Below, piece by piece: positions 25,375 through 36,817 of a stretch of 42,723 nucleotides of DNA; the stretch's first letter is position 1, and each line of letters opens with the position of its first letter. Made by a program: the position numbers and the translations under genes. The stretch is taken from assembly GCA_002633005.1 (NCBI GenBank), contig NMRA01000667.1, forward strand, positions 156,980 to 199,702. The letters are read 5' to 3'. The stretch is from Phoronis australis. Lineage: Eukaryota > Animalia > Phoronida. The notes beneath the pieces are model-generated. The model searched no databases and was not told the origin of the DNA. It saw nothing but the letters and a program-made list of their open reading frames with translations.

Positions 25375-26448
25375 TACGCTAGCGCCTATGTACACACACA
25401 CAAACACACACACATATAGTAGAGTCACAAAATGACTAATCCGAGAACCATAAGTTATGACGTTACATTACACTTTCGTCACTGTCATCGTACTACGGTG
25501 TTATGTTACATTCAAAGCACCTCAGCTCCACCAATATGAAATTTTTGGGGACAAAGTTAGTATCATTTTGTACATAAAGACTTCAAATCATGATCAGATT
25601 TTCGACAACTCAAACAGTTCCTTTTTTAAGTTACTATTCAAAACAGTTGTCCCTTCCTGGTAATGTTTTCCTGATAGCATGTTATATGTGTTACAAAAAC
25701 AAGTTTACTTTGGGTTATGCAATCAACAGGAGACGTTTCAAGACATAGAGAAAACAACAATATATAACTTCTGAAAGTGATGCCGGGAAGTTAAGTCATC
25801 TTCTCCTTCGCGTTTTTTTTTTTTTACTTATTTCATGAATATGAGTATAAAAACGTTTGAACCTAACTTAGTCATCAAGTCACCCCTAACCAGGCAATTG
25901 GCCTTTAACAGAGAGCTAGACAAAATAAGTTTAATTTCCCGTCGTTTCATGGGGTGTGTACATTTATTTAGTTTTACAAAACGCGGGTCAACACACTTGC
26001 TGGTCAAGCTTCGTTGCCACATCGGTGAGGCCAGCAGCTGTGACTTTAATTTCATTGCGGCAGGTTGTCCGATAAAGACTGGATCAGCTGGTGTCAAATC
26101 TCACTGACATATTACCAGAGATTAATATTCATGAAATGAATCTGACGTTTTGAATTCGAGCCAAGTCAAATCCTTAAAATTCAGTCAGTGTGTGTTCGTT
26201 AGCACCATAAGGAACGTGACGAAGTGCTTTGGGCCTTCATTCTCTTTATTTAAAAAAGACGGGGAGAACGCGCAAGGGCATTTCACAAAGCGAACGACTA
26301 TATCTGGTAACCAGGAATTTTCCAAGGAAAAAGAATAGTGCTGAGGAAACTTGCAGCAAAATTCACGACGGGAGCGCTGTGAGTACCTGCAGAATCCATA
26401 TTTCCTTCTTCCGTTTGCTCTCAACTAAGCAATACAGGTACTGCAGAA

Positions 26449-27080
26449 ATGAATTCTACAGGTTTTGATTAAACTCTGTCAAAACAATCTGCGATACCAA
26501 TTATTTCAAGTTTCCTCAACTTCACCGGTTACAGTGACACAAAGGCAGAAGAAGATTACACGGACAAAATCGAAACTGCCAAAAGAATCATCCAATTGTT
26601 AGTCCCCGTCTACTTTGGAATCTCTTTGGTAGGAAATACGTTATCGCTTTGTGTCTTCACCAGAGAGCGTTACGGAAAACGTCTTATGGTATCTATTTGA
26701 TTAACCTGGCGTGCTTCGATATCTTGGCCTTGTTGTTCTATCTTTTAGAAGTTTTCGCAGCCGGAGTCCAGCCAGAGTTCATCAACAATCCCGTTGTGTG
26801 CGTGTTTTGGCGAACTTGTTTGCGGCAAAATACTCGCAGGATTTCTAATTGGACTCTAGTGGCTCTCACCATTGACCGCTTGATTAGGGTATTGCTTCCG
26901 CAGCGGGCCATCGCCATGTGTACCCCAAAAGAGCCATGGGTGTCGTTGTTGGGTTAATTTCTGTTTCAACGCTAACTGCAATAAAGAACGTCGATTGGTG
27001 TCCATAAAGGTGTCTGCGTGGGCTACAACCCTTTTTATATTGACGGTGTTCGTAAGTTTGTCTGGTTTGAAGTCGGTATA
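26449..27080 (+). pseudogene. GPCR pseudogene, closest to the 7840 paralogue, truncated at the start of TM5
   Basis: ATG 26449 MNSTGFD*, with TAA at 26470 where the paralogue has TAC. It contains VPVYFGISLVGNTLSLCVF and IYLINLACFDILAL..PEFINNPVVCVFWR..NTRRISNWTLVALTIDR, has frameshifts near 26660 and 26930, and homology stops at FVWFEV (27080). Confidence 0.92.
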
Positions 27081-27150
27081 CAGGCAAGTAGCCAGGGGGG
27101 GTCGAGGGGTTCCAACGAAGCCCCCTCCGCGGAAAAGGTCCAACCCCAGC
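27081..27150 (+). mobile_element. Left end of a GC-rich CA..-type MITE at the pseudogene truncation point
   Basis: CAGGCAAGTAGCCAGGGGGGGTCGAGGGGTTCCAACGAAGCCCCC resembles the left end of 30294; no right end was recognised. Confidence 0.45.
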
Positions 27151-29118
27151 CTGTGGGCGTGATGTTCGATTACGCGTTTTATTCGTAGTTTTGGACTTTA
27201 ATCGTAATGATAGTTTAGTCAGATCTACTTCCTGTTGTCATCAACTTCCTGTCTCAGACCATGATGTCATGATATAATAAAGTGATGTTTTATTAGTTAA
27301 AAATCTACGAATTGACAGCAATTCGTTACACATCCTGTCCGTTAAAGATAGGATACAGATGGACAACAACAAAATTGTTGCAGCTACTGGTACTACTAAC
27401 CACAATGATAACTAAGTTAGTAATAATGTGGAATTTGCTTCTGATTCAAAGCGCTTCACGTAATCATAGGGCCGTACCCGGCCAACTGCGCCCAATTGGT
27501 ATTTGTGTAAATAACAGGATCGTGCAGACGATTAGAGGAGGCTTTATGTTACTCATCGGCATTGAACATACGTTGTGGTTACACCGTAGGGTAAGAAGGG
27601 AGCATAGAAGTAAACGTCTATACCTAGCTAAGCTATACAGCAGCAAGAGAGCTCCCACGGTCACAGTGCGGTGTGAATGCCTTAAAATCGACCAAGAAAC
27701 AAAACAGCAGAAAATAGGTTTTTTATCTGATATGGCTTGCTAGCATAGTACGGTAAAGGGCAGGCATTTTCAAATACAGGTTTTTCATCCAGTGTCCAAT
27801 TTGATTGCGGATTGGTGGATTGACATGCATGCGTGTACACGTGTGTGCGTTTCCGTCCTTTTAAATTCAGTACAAGCCGAACGAAAGCATCGACGAGCAC
27901 GTTCACATTTTTTGAGAAAAGTAGGTCTAGACCCAATAAAAACTTTTGTCAATGGAGATAGACTTCTCTTGTCAATAGTGTAAATAGTGCACAGCTTCAC
28001 AGACTTCATACGAGCAACTAACGTGATGAAAGGGTGTGCAAAAGTTGATTAGTTCTTAATACATTTATTTCATTGCTCGGATCCAATCACTGCCAAACGT
28101 TATTCTTGAATCTAACTAACGACTCATTCTCAAGCATGGACAACATCTGGGGCACGGGTCAGGGCTGCGGCGACTTTGCTCACTGACTTCGTGAAGACTG
28201 GCAGGTGCAGGGTAGCCTACTTGCTACATTTAACTTTGACCCGCCGTGTGCGTTGCTCCGGTGGGTGAGGTTCAGGCGCAGGGGCCCTAAATTTTCCGCC
28301 GCGCTATGAAATGATGCGACCTTGACATGGATTTGATGAATGTATCGTGGTTGATAATTCATCAATATTCCCGCTCCATATTTTTAAAATGTAATAACGT
28401 TCTCATTTTTCCGTGTTCGTAAGACACGAGGGCAATTTTACATGCGCATGAAATCCAAACAACGTGTTTTAGTACCCGGGGCGTTGTTTTCGGTATAGGC
28501 ACAGCGTTCAGTGTATGTATCATTCATTTTTGCATGTAAAAGTGTAAAACTTACACATGAGTTGAAAAAGTTAGATCTTTTCGTAGTAGTGAACCTTCGA
28601 AACAGCGAACCTTCGGAAGGGTGAACCGAATGGTGAGTAGTGGGTGGTTTTCATTTCCAACGACGTAAGCAACTTACGTAACACGCAAAAATGTAACTAG
28701 ATAAAAGATTTCGTCAAGTTACTCTCCGACTAAAAATTTCTGTCCGAGTAGGTGTGATCACTCATTTAAGCATGCCTGGTTTGAAAATTTGGCAGGAAGT
28801 AACACGAGTTTTGGACCACATTACATCCAAATTGAGTCCCGTTCTTTGCGAGCAACAGTCACGGCATCCTCATCTCTGGTATTACTAATCCCGTCTCATC
28901 TCAAAAACATAGAGCCGAGAGTCATGGTTGTGCATACAAATTTGGCTTCCCCCTGATTAAGCTGTGTCAACTGAGGGTCTCAATGAAAACTCCACAGTGC
29001 CGACGTTTGCAAAATATCAAAGGTCCACCGTTCAAGAAATTCGAACTTGTGGAAATCACTGGGGTGTGGAAACTGTCACATGGTGAAATCTAATGACATT
29101 TACAATAACCACAGAACT

Positions 29119-30150
29119 CTAGCCCTGGAATGCCAACTCCTGCACGTGACCAATGTATTCTATTATTAGAGCTTGCGACTCCGTTTTTTGTGTTGCAGCA
29201 AACATTTCACCCTTACGTTTAGGCATAGACCCAGATGCCCCGCTTTGTATCTGGAAGTCCCGCTTTTCAATCCAATTGTCCTCATTCTTCATTCTCGAAT
29301 GTTGGAACAGGTGTTCATTTGTTATTTTGAAATGAATATTGTTATTTTCCAGAGTCCACTTTCTTAAGTAAGATAATAATCGTAAAAATGTGTTCTTATG
29401 TCTCTTGTTTACGGTAAAAAATAATATATCAAGATCACTAATGTTTACTTCATGAAAAAATGAGTTTATTTGCAAACTACAATGTAAAGTCTTACACTGC
29501 AACCTCTTTTATGATCAATCCAAAGTACATTTGAAACCTACACAATGGATGTTTGTTATTTTTCATCTATCAGAAAACCTTTGTCTGCAAATTTCTGATA
29601 GGCAGTTGGAATAATTAGTTTATCACATTTTTAAGTGTCACTGCATCCTGAATTTTTACTGAAGAACTTATTAAACGGCACCAAAGGTCCAATTAATATA
29701 TAAAGGTGTACAATTTTGTATGAATGATTGACTAAATTCTTCACATCAACTGCAAGGGTTCTATATTCTAAAATCTTGATACCTAACAAATCTTTTGAAT
29801 CATTGAAACTATTTCCTGCTGGTTTAATTAGTCATTTTATGTAACCTCTCTGGTTCATTTCCTTTTTATGTTACTGTTGCACCCTGTTATTTTTTCGCAT
29901 TTTCGTGACAAAAATAATTTTTAAACCTGTCAGGTATGCGAAATGATGATTGTTTCGGAATCAAATTATGTCTCATTTGCTTCTTCTATAATCATACACC
30001 ATCAAGAACTGAAGAAGGACTTTATAATGATATGACTCTGATGCAATTCGATTGATGAATGGCGGAGTCGCGAAAAGTTTTAGTGGCAATAAATTCCATA
30101 GGAATAACCAACACCAGACGAAACGAATGCGAACAAATGCCTCAAGTGAG
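29119..30150 (+). repeat. Dispersed repeat, probably a non-autonomous DNA transposon; second copy at about 39585-40291
   Basis: About 29430-30140 is collinear with about 39590-40250. Possible TIR CTAGCCCT..AATGC at 29119 versus GCATTTAAGGGCTAG at 40277-40291. Confidence 0.7.
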
Positions 30151-30293
30151 AACAGGCGAAGTTATGACAGCCTATCCTTAGATAAGAACTTGTGGCTCAG
30201 ACCAATAACTCCTTAAAGACGACGCAGACAAAGAGCATAACAGATTGCATTCGTTTCCAATGGGGATAGCTTGTCGTGTGACGCCGGATATAA

Positions 30294-30569
30294 CAAAGGG
30301 GCACCCAGGGGGGGGGGGTTCCAAAGAGCCCCCCCCCCAGTTTGGCGCATTGGTCAAATAGGTCAGCCTCAATGAAAGAAAGTCCCAACAAAAGACACAA
30401 AAGTCCACGGACGACACAGGAAATCGGCGCAGATGCACAACTCGTAGGCTTGGACCTGTAGTGGTCCCGTTTTCTTTTTATTTTTTAGTCCTCGATGAAT
30501 GTGTTCAGTAAAAGGCCCTCATACTGAGAAATCCGAGCCCTCCTGTATTTTAGGCTGGGTGCGCTTATG
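30294..30569 (+). mobile_element. ~275-bp CA..TG MITE with apparent 5-bp TSD
   Basis: CAAAGGGGCACCCAG / CTGGGTGCGCTTATG; flanks TATAA / TGTAA; internal similarity to 37976-38219. Confidence 0.65.
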
Positions 30570-31463
30570 TGTAACACAGGTACTGAAGCTTTTAATGCCC
30601 TTAAATTTGACCCAAAAAAGCTTCGTTTACAACCGTGAGCCTGTCACCGAAATCCACCACGTCACGGTGTATTTGTAGCCGAAGAGTTGAGGCTACGAAA
30701 ATACCCGAAGTGTTCCGGATGGATCAGTTGCTGACGTTGACCGATCATCTATTATGAAAATTTTTCCGATTCCAATCACTACTTAAATTAATGAAGATTT
30801 AACGCAGAAAACCATTATCAAAATTAAAAAATAACGACTCAGTAAGCCTGAAGGTTAAGTCATTTTGGTATTTTAATAACTTAAAAGTAGTTTACTGACG
30901 ACGGAAGCTTCAAAACGTAGGCGCCGGTGTCGATTAAACGATGCGTTACTGGAGAGCGGGTGGCTAAATGCATACTGTGTCACATGTGACGCAATATCTT
31001 ATGAGGTGTTCGGCATTGCTCGTCCATTTGAAAATACGTTGTCACAAACGTTATTATACCGATAAGTGCGTTGTTGGTCAAAGTGAAGAAAGTTGCGGAC
31101 TTTCAAAAATATCGGGTCCTGCGGAGTAAAACGAAGCGGTACATCGTAACCACCTATGAAACCTCAAATCAACGAGAAGTTGCCAATGTTCACGCCATCG
31201 AAGACTTTCCTCCTTGAAAATTAACTTGTTGAACAGGGACCAATTTGGAAAATAGGAAACGTAAATTTTGTTGAGGTCACACGGACTCTTGCGAAGCATT
31301 TCTTAAAAGGTTTCCGAGAATCACAACGCACTCGTGAATTGGAAACACGACATTTGAACTTGGGCAAGTGGTGTTCTTTTAATTGGCCAGAGCGATACTG
31401 TGTCTTCACTCCACTACGACTTGGCATTCGTTTAGTCTTTATAAAGAGTAATCCGTTTCGAAA

Positions 31464-32555
31464 ATGAATGCAACTGAGCTCAATGCTGATGTCTTAAAAC
31501 CAATTAACAATACTCGCAACTTTTGGAATTTAGGCAACAGCAGTGATACAGAACTTGTGAGTGATTTTGCAGACGTTGTTGATGTCGTGTCGAAAATATC
31601 CAGATTTATGACCCCCGTCTTTCTCTTGATTTCCTTTTTCGGAAACATGTTATCACTAATTGTTTTTTCCCAGAAATCTTTCCGTGAGACCTCCTGCGGC
31701 GTGTATTTTATTAATCTGGCATGTTTCGACATTCTGTCGTTATGCTGTTCTACGTTTGAAAGGTTTGTAGGCCGAGTTTATCCCGAAGTAACCAGCAATC
31801 CTGCCGTGTGTGTGATATGGCGTGTCTGCTATCAGAATTGTCGCAGAATTTCCAACTGGACGCTAGTTGCCCTTACCGCCGATCGCATGATTGCAGTACA
31901 GTTTCCGTTCCGGGCCATCACCACATGTACTAGAAAAAGAGCCACGCGTGTCGTTATTGTGATAGGTTCTACTTTAACGCTAACTGGAATAAAGAACATT
32001 TGGCTTGTTGGTGTCCATAACGGTGTCTGTGAAAGCTTCAACATTAAGTACATGAACATTGCTCGCCAGCTCAACTTTGTTGAAGTTTGTTTAGAAGGAT
32101 TGCTGCCAGGTTTTCTCATTCTGATATTTAACACATCTCTCTTAATTGGTCTTTATAAGCAACGATCTCAGAAACTGAGATGCAACGCCAAGTGTTCACA
32201 ACAAGACCACCAAATGACTAGAATGCTGTTGTTTAACTCTTTTTTCTTCCTCTTCACGCAAATTCCAGCAGCCTTGTTCCGAATGCTAAACTTGTTCAGG
32301 GTGATTTGCCCTATCCCTAGCACCAATTTTGATAGAGAAATGTGTCAACTCGTCCGACACATGTTTGCAAATCTTCTTTTGTCCAACTATGCTTTCAATT
32401 TCATCTTCTACTACATCGTAGGTCCGAAGTTCAGAAAGGAATTGAAACATGTATTAATTTCCATATGCAGACGAAAAACAGCAACTTTGCCCCCAGTTGA
32501 TGAGCAAATATCAGGAGTGGCAAACAGTGATGAGGTATATGTACAGTCCATATAG
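31464..32555 (+). CDS. Intronless class A GPCR, paralogue of the 7840 gene
   Basis: 363-aa ORF with GNMLSL, KSFRETSCGVYFINLACFD, RRISNWTLVALTADRM, FFLFTQIP and SNYAFNFIFYYIVGPKFR; N-terminal sequons NAT, NNT, NSS. Confidence 0.94.
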   Translation: MNATELNADVLKPINNTRNFWNLGNSSDTELVSDFADVVDVVSKISRFMTPVFLLISFFGNMLSLIVFSQKSFRETSCGVYFINLACFDILSLCCSTFERFVGRVYPEVTSNPAVCVIWRVCYQNCRRISNWTLVALTADRMIAVQFPFRAITTCTRKRATRVVIVIGSTLTLTGIKNIWLVGVHNGVCESFNIKYMNIARQLNFVEVCLEGLLPGFLILIFNTSLLIGLYKQRSQKLRCNAKCSQQDHQMTRMLLFNSFFFLFTQIPAALFRMLNLFRVICPIPSTNFDREMCQLVRHMFANLLLSNYAFNFIFYYIVGPKFRKELKHVLISICRRKTATLPPVDEQISGVANSDEVYVQSI

Positions 32556-33489
32556 CTCCGTGATTCGTATCCGTGTCAACGAAAAATCGCTCCCATGGTA
32601 AAATATGAAAGCGCAGTCCGTGTCCGTGAGGAAGTTCTTTGTGTGATTTTCTACCCTCCACAGATGAAATGCTGATCTACTCTGATTTGACCATCAGAAC
32701 ACCGAGGTTGCCATTTACAGCAAATCAAAGACGGAAAGGAGGTGTCTAAACCATTGTGAAAACCGAACTGCCTGTGAAAAGCTCGTTGAATTGGTGCCAC
32801 AAAGCCCAACCATTTGCGACACAAATTGTTTCATAAAACGAATGCGATGAAAGTCAGACATTTCTGGAAGACAACTCAATGGGTCATGGGAAATGTGTTA
32901 TTTTGACGCAATGTTTTATATATACATGATGATGCATATACTGAACGACATCTTCTGCTAATAACCACGTAGTGTCGCCAGCAGGTATTATTTAAATGAT
33001 AGCGTCTGTGCAAAGCCGTTGATATTGGCATCATCGTAACCGCCACAGAAAATAATGACCTTCAACACGCAGTCATGAGTACAGATTTTTGATGTTGCAG
33101 TGTATGTTTTGCTTTAGTGTCTCCACGCCTCGTTTATTGATACCGCGCAGCTTAAAGGCGAAGGCAACCTTTTTCCATGTCATTTTGAGCTAAAATAAGG
33201 TTGGTTGGTTATTCTCGACATATTTTCCACTTAATTACAGCTTTTCGTAATTTTATAAATTACTCGTCCGCTACTCCGGAAGTGACGTTTTAGGAGGCAA
33301 GCGTTTCCCGCCACTTGGTTTTGCGTTGACTTTACCGTGCAAATCTGTTCTATTCTACTTTTGTTTTGTGCTGTTTTTCAACAATTGTCGCCACCACTTT
33401 CCATCGGCGAGTATTCTGCGGCAAGATAGGTTAGTAGAGAACTCAACTACGTTGGATTTAGGGATTGTTTAGTGTGTTGTAAGCTGAAA

Positions 33490-33885
33490 ATGGCTGGAGT
33501 CGGTGACCCGTATCACAGTGACAGTAGTGTGAGTGACGGAGACCTTGTTCACAGCAGTGGTGACGAGGAATTTTTTCACGGACATTCAGTGGGTGGGTAC
33601 ATGTTTGAGCCCGAGTATAACGAGGCAGAGTACGCACAGGCACAGGCAGCTGTTGAGAGAAACGAGGTGGCTACTGAGGACAGACGTGGTGACACATCTT
33701 GGTGCAAATGCACTGTGTGCGTTGTTATGCCTACCTCAATGGAATGCTTGTGCTGTTCAGAGTTCGACGAGGCCAAGCCACTACTGGACATGGTTAAGTG
33801 GACCTCCGGCATACCACGGACAGAGGAACAACTGTCCCACTTGCCAGAGTGTCCCGCGACACACTCCCACTGGATGGTGACCTGA
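33490..33885 (+). CDS. 3'-truncated KolX-like protein (P2X7 cytoplasmic ballast-like Cys-rich domain)
   Basis: Acidic N-terminus, YMFEPEY, RRGDTSWCKCTVCVVMPTSMECLCCSE. The last ~30 codons are antisense to transposase sequence. Confidence 0.7.
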   Translation: MAGVGDPYHSDSSVSDGDLVHSSGDEEFFHGHSVGGYMFEPEYNEAEYAQAQAAVERNEVATEDRRGDTSWCKCTVCVVMPTSMECLCCSEFDEAKPLLDMVKWTSGIPRTEEQLSHLPECPATHSHWMVT

Positions 33886-34580
33886 GCACCCAAACTGCTT
33901 ACATCGTGTCGTGTGACTCCCTCGCCACACACCTGGCACCTTCTAAATAGCTCCAACACTTTAGACAAGTCCACAATAAACTTATCAAAGTTTGGCTCAC
34001 CGATCTGTTCACTGGACGACGAACTGTCCTCTTCACTGGGTGTCGAACTGAGCCTGTAATCACTCCCACTACTCAATATCGCTGCAGGGCTGCTTAGAGG
34101 CTCTGGGCTGGAGAAAACAGCACAGGGCGAATCACTACTGGTTCCAGGAATTGCACGCTCTGGGGTACGTTCGGAGGCACGGGTGACAGTAGATGAAGTG
34201 CCTCCACTGGCTCCAGTCACTGTACTGGCCACAGCTCGCGAGGCTTCTCGCTTCAAAAACGCACTTCTCGGGGGTTGCGACGGGGCACTGCCGGGAATCA
34301 ACACAGACGGAATGGCATCCTTCTTCAGACGTTGTTTCGCAGGGACCTTCATCAGTTCAGCGTACAAATACCTTTCGTAATCGGACGGCAGAAAGTGCTT
34401 GCCACACACACGGTTCTACACTGCTTTGTACGTTACGTGTACGGGTAACGCTGCGTTCTTCACACGAACGAGCCAAGTACGGCGAAGTTTGTCATCCATC
34501 GGAAAGCGATGCAAAGGTACTCCCAAAGCGCGCGTGAGCCGATAATTAGTACATCCTGGTACGCAGCAACAGTGTGGCAT
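33576..34580 (-). pseudogene. Truncated Kolobok THAP-transposase (no DDE domain), one in-frame stop
   Basis: ATG 34580: MPHCCCVPGCTNY..LHRFPMDDKLRRTWLVRVK..V*NRVCGKHF..DY..RLKKDAIPS (THAP C2CH; TAG at 34416-34418), a Ser-rich linker, then KFIVDLSKVLELFRRCQVC..VTIQWECVAGHSGKWDS. Homology ends near 33795. Confidence 0.85.
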
Positions 34581-35318
34581 GTTGACTGACTAGTAAAAGA
34601 AAGCAAACGACGACGGAACTTAACACAACTGAGGTAGAACAATGACTGACTCGGCAGCTCTCACAGTAAGACTATATGAAAAGAAATTGGCGCGAAATGC
34701 TTGCCTCCTAAAACGTCACTTCCGGAGTAGCGGACGAGTAATTAATAAAATTACGAAAAGCTGTAATTAAGTGGAAAATATGTCTAGGATAACCAACCAA
34801 CCTTATTTTAGCTCAAAATGACATGGAAAAAGGTTGCCTTCGCCTTTAAGTGTCACTATTCGGTTGTTCACGACCGAGATCATAGGACAAGCGCTTAAGG
34901 CATGCCGTCATCTCAACACGTTCAACTGTGAATCAAAGAACCTTTTTAAATACTTATTGTCATATCTACGGCGATTACTTCATGACACCTTTGTTTTCGG
35001 GCTAAATCCCTTATTTTTGTATGTAGAATACATAATTATGTTCTTTGTGAAAATGTGTGCGCATGTACAGATTGCGCCGCCCCGCATGTTGTAAAACATG
35101 ATCCAACACACCGGCGTGACTTAAAATTTATGATTCTTGCCTGAAGAAAAACTCCCAGTTCTATCCGAGCCCAGAGATCACTGTTAAACTGAGTAAAATT
35201 AAGAAACAAAACAAGACCTATTTTATGACGGTACGAAGTCTAAATCAAAAGTTGTGGTTTTGAGAGAAAGCGCGGGTTTTAACACGCTGCATTAATTGTT
35301 GGTGGTACAATGTACCAT

Positions 35319-35657
35319 ATATTACTTGAAGCATCACTGTGTTGGTGGGTAGTGTACTGTTTATTACTTGAAGAACCAATGGGTGGGTGGGTGGATGGGT
35401 GAGTAGTGTACTGCATATTACTTGGAGAACCTCTGAGTGTGTGGGTAGTGTACTGAATTTTACTTGGAGAACCACTATGTGGGTGGGAAGTGTACTGCAT
35501 ATTACTTAGAGAACAGCTGTGTGGGTGGGTAGTGTACTGTCGTATTACTTGAAGAACAAGTGGTTGGGTGGGTGGGTAGTGTACTGTATATTACTTGGAG
35601 AAGTGGGTGGGTAGAGTACTGCATATTACTTGGAGAACCAGTGTGTAGGTGGGTAGC
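35319..35657. repeat. Minisatellite, ~8 units of ~35-55 bp
   Basis: Conserved GTAGTGTACTGCATATTACTTGGAGAAC core separated by variable GGGT-rich segments. Confidence 0.9.
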
Positions 35658-36817
35658 GCTTCGGCACGTTGAGAACAGACCGTGATGTTGTTGCGTCAAG
35701 TTCGTTGTCAGGCGTTTTCGAATGCAAATTCCTGCGTGTAACTGTTGATTATTCTAATTAAATGTTGTTTTACGAACCGTTTGCATTGTAGTCATGTAGA
35801 AAGTCACGTTGTGGCATATCTATTAGCATTAGTCTGGTGAAGATCTCAAAAACGAAGCCGTTTGATCCTTTTTTGCCATACTAAGCTGCGATGTAATTTC
35901 TATACGTATTTCAACATTCATAAACGTCCCTTAATTCTGTCATTTTCTGCATTTTTCTGAGTGAACTATTTATTCAATTGCTCAATGGCTTCAGTTACTC
36001 GACATACGAAAATAGCAACACAGTTAATTTCAGTTGTAACCACATGATTTTGTATTCAGCTGATGAAATGCATCGCTAGACTTCATCTTTGAATGACCAA
36101 TAAAGAACCAAATGTCAGGGTTGTTCACCAGATTCTAATGGTGATATAGGCTGGATGTGAAGCTATGAGAAACCTATGGCCGTTAGACCACTCAACAGTA
36201 CCGTGATGGTTAAGCACACGATACTAAATTAGTTTTGCTAATCTTAAACCTGATGATGAAAAGGCAAATAATAATGTATTTGCGTGCAAAACATACAGCA
36301 GAGTATTTTTAGATATGTCAACTTTGATCCAAATTGCTGAAGATTTAACTAGTAAAGTGTACCAAAACGTGCAAAAATTGCAGCCCAGAAAAGAAAAGAA
36401 AACCAAGAACGCCAGTTTAACTCATCAAGTTGGTCACATAATTATATTACATACCAGGACTTAATTTCCGTTTCTACCAAGAACACTGAAACCATCACCG
36501 ACTCCAGAAACCCTTCAGAATTCATTGGGTCTCGCCAACCCTAAAATTGTGAATTAAAAAATGACACATCACACGTATTGCCTGAAACTTGAGAAGTAAA
36601 ACCTTCTAATTCAAGATGAAATAATAATTTTTCAAGCCTCAAAGTGCCTGGGTTAAGAGTTCAATACTGCAAACAGCGGTGACGTGTCCCTTTAAGCTCT
36701 CTTTATTGGGAATACGTTTTATGGAGATGGTTTGTTCAGATTATAATGAAAACGAAGCTTAAAGGGCACCTGTCATAAGTCTAAGAGCAGTATGAGCACA
36801 AATATATTGATTTTGAC

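Larger units (their letters stand above)
33156..34845. mobile_element. Non-autonomous Kolobok element (family C), 1690 bp, ~158-bp TIRs, TTAA TSD
   Basis: TTAA 33152-55 | AGGCGAAGGCAACCTTTTTCCATGTCATTTTGAGCTAAAATAAGG... and ...CCTTATTTTAGCTCAAAATGACATGGAAAAAGGTTGCCTTCGCCT | TTAA 34846-49; contains convergent partial genes. Confidence 0.93.

Noticed and set aside
33490-33885. Host P2X7 receptor gene
   Set aside because: No transmembrane or ectodomain sequence, and it lies inside TIRs with TTAA TSDs.
35319-35657. CRISPR-like repeat/spacer look
   Set aside because: Linkers are low-complexity, related to each other and variable in length; there are no cas genes and the context is eukaryotic.
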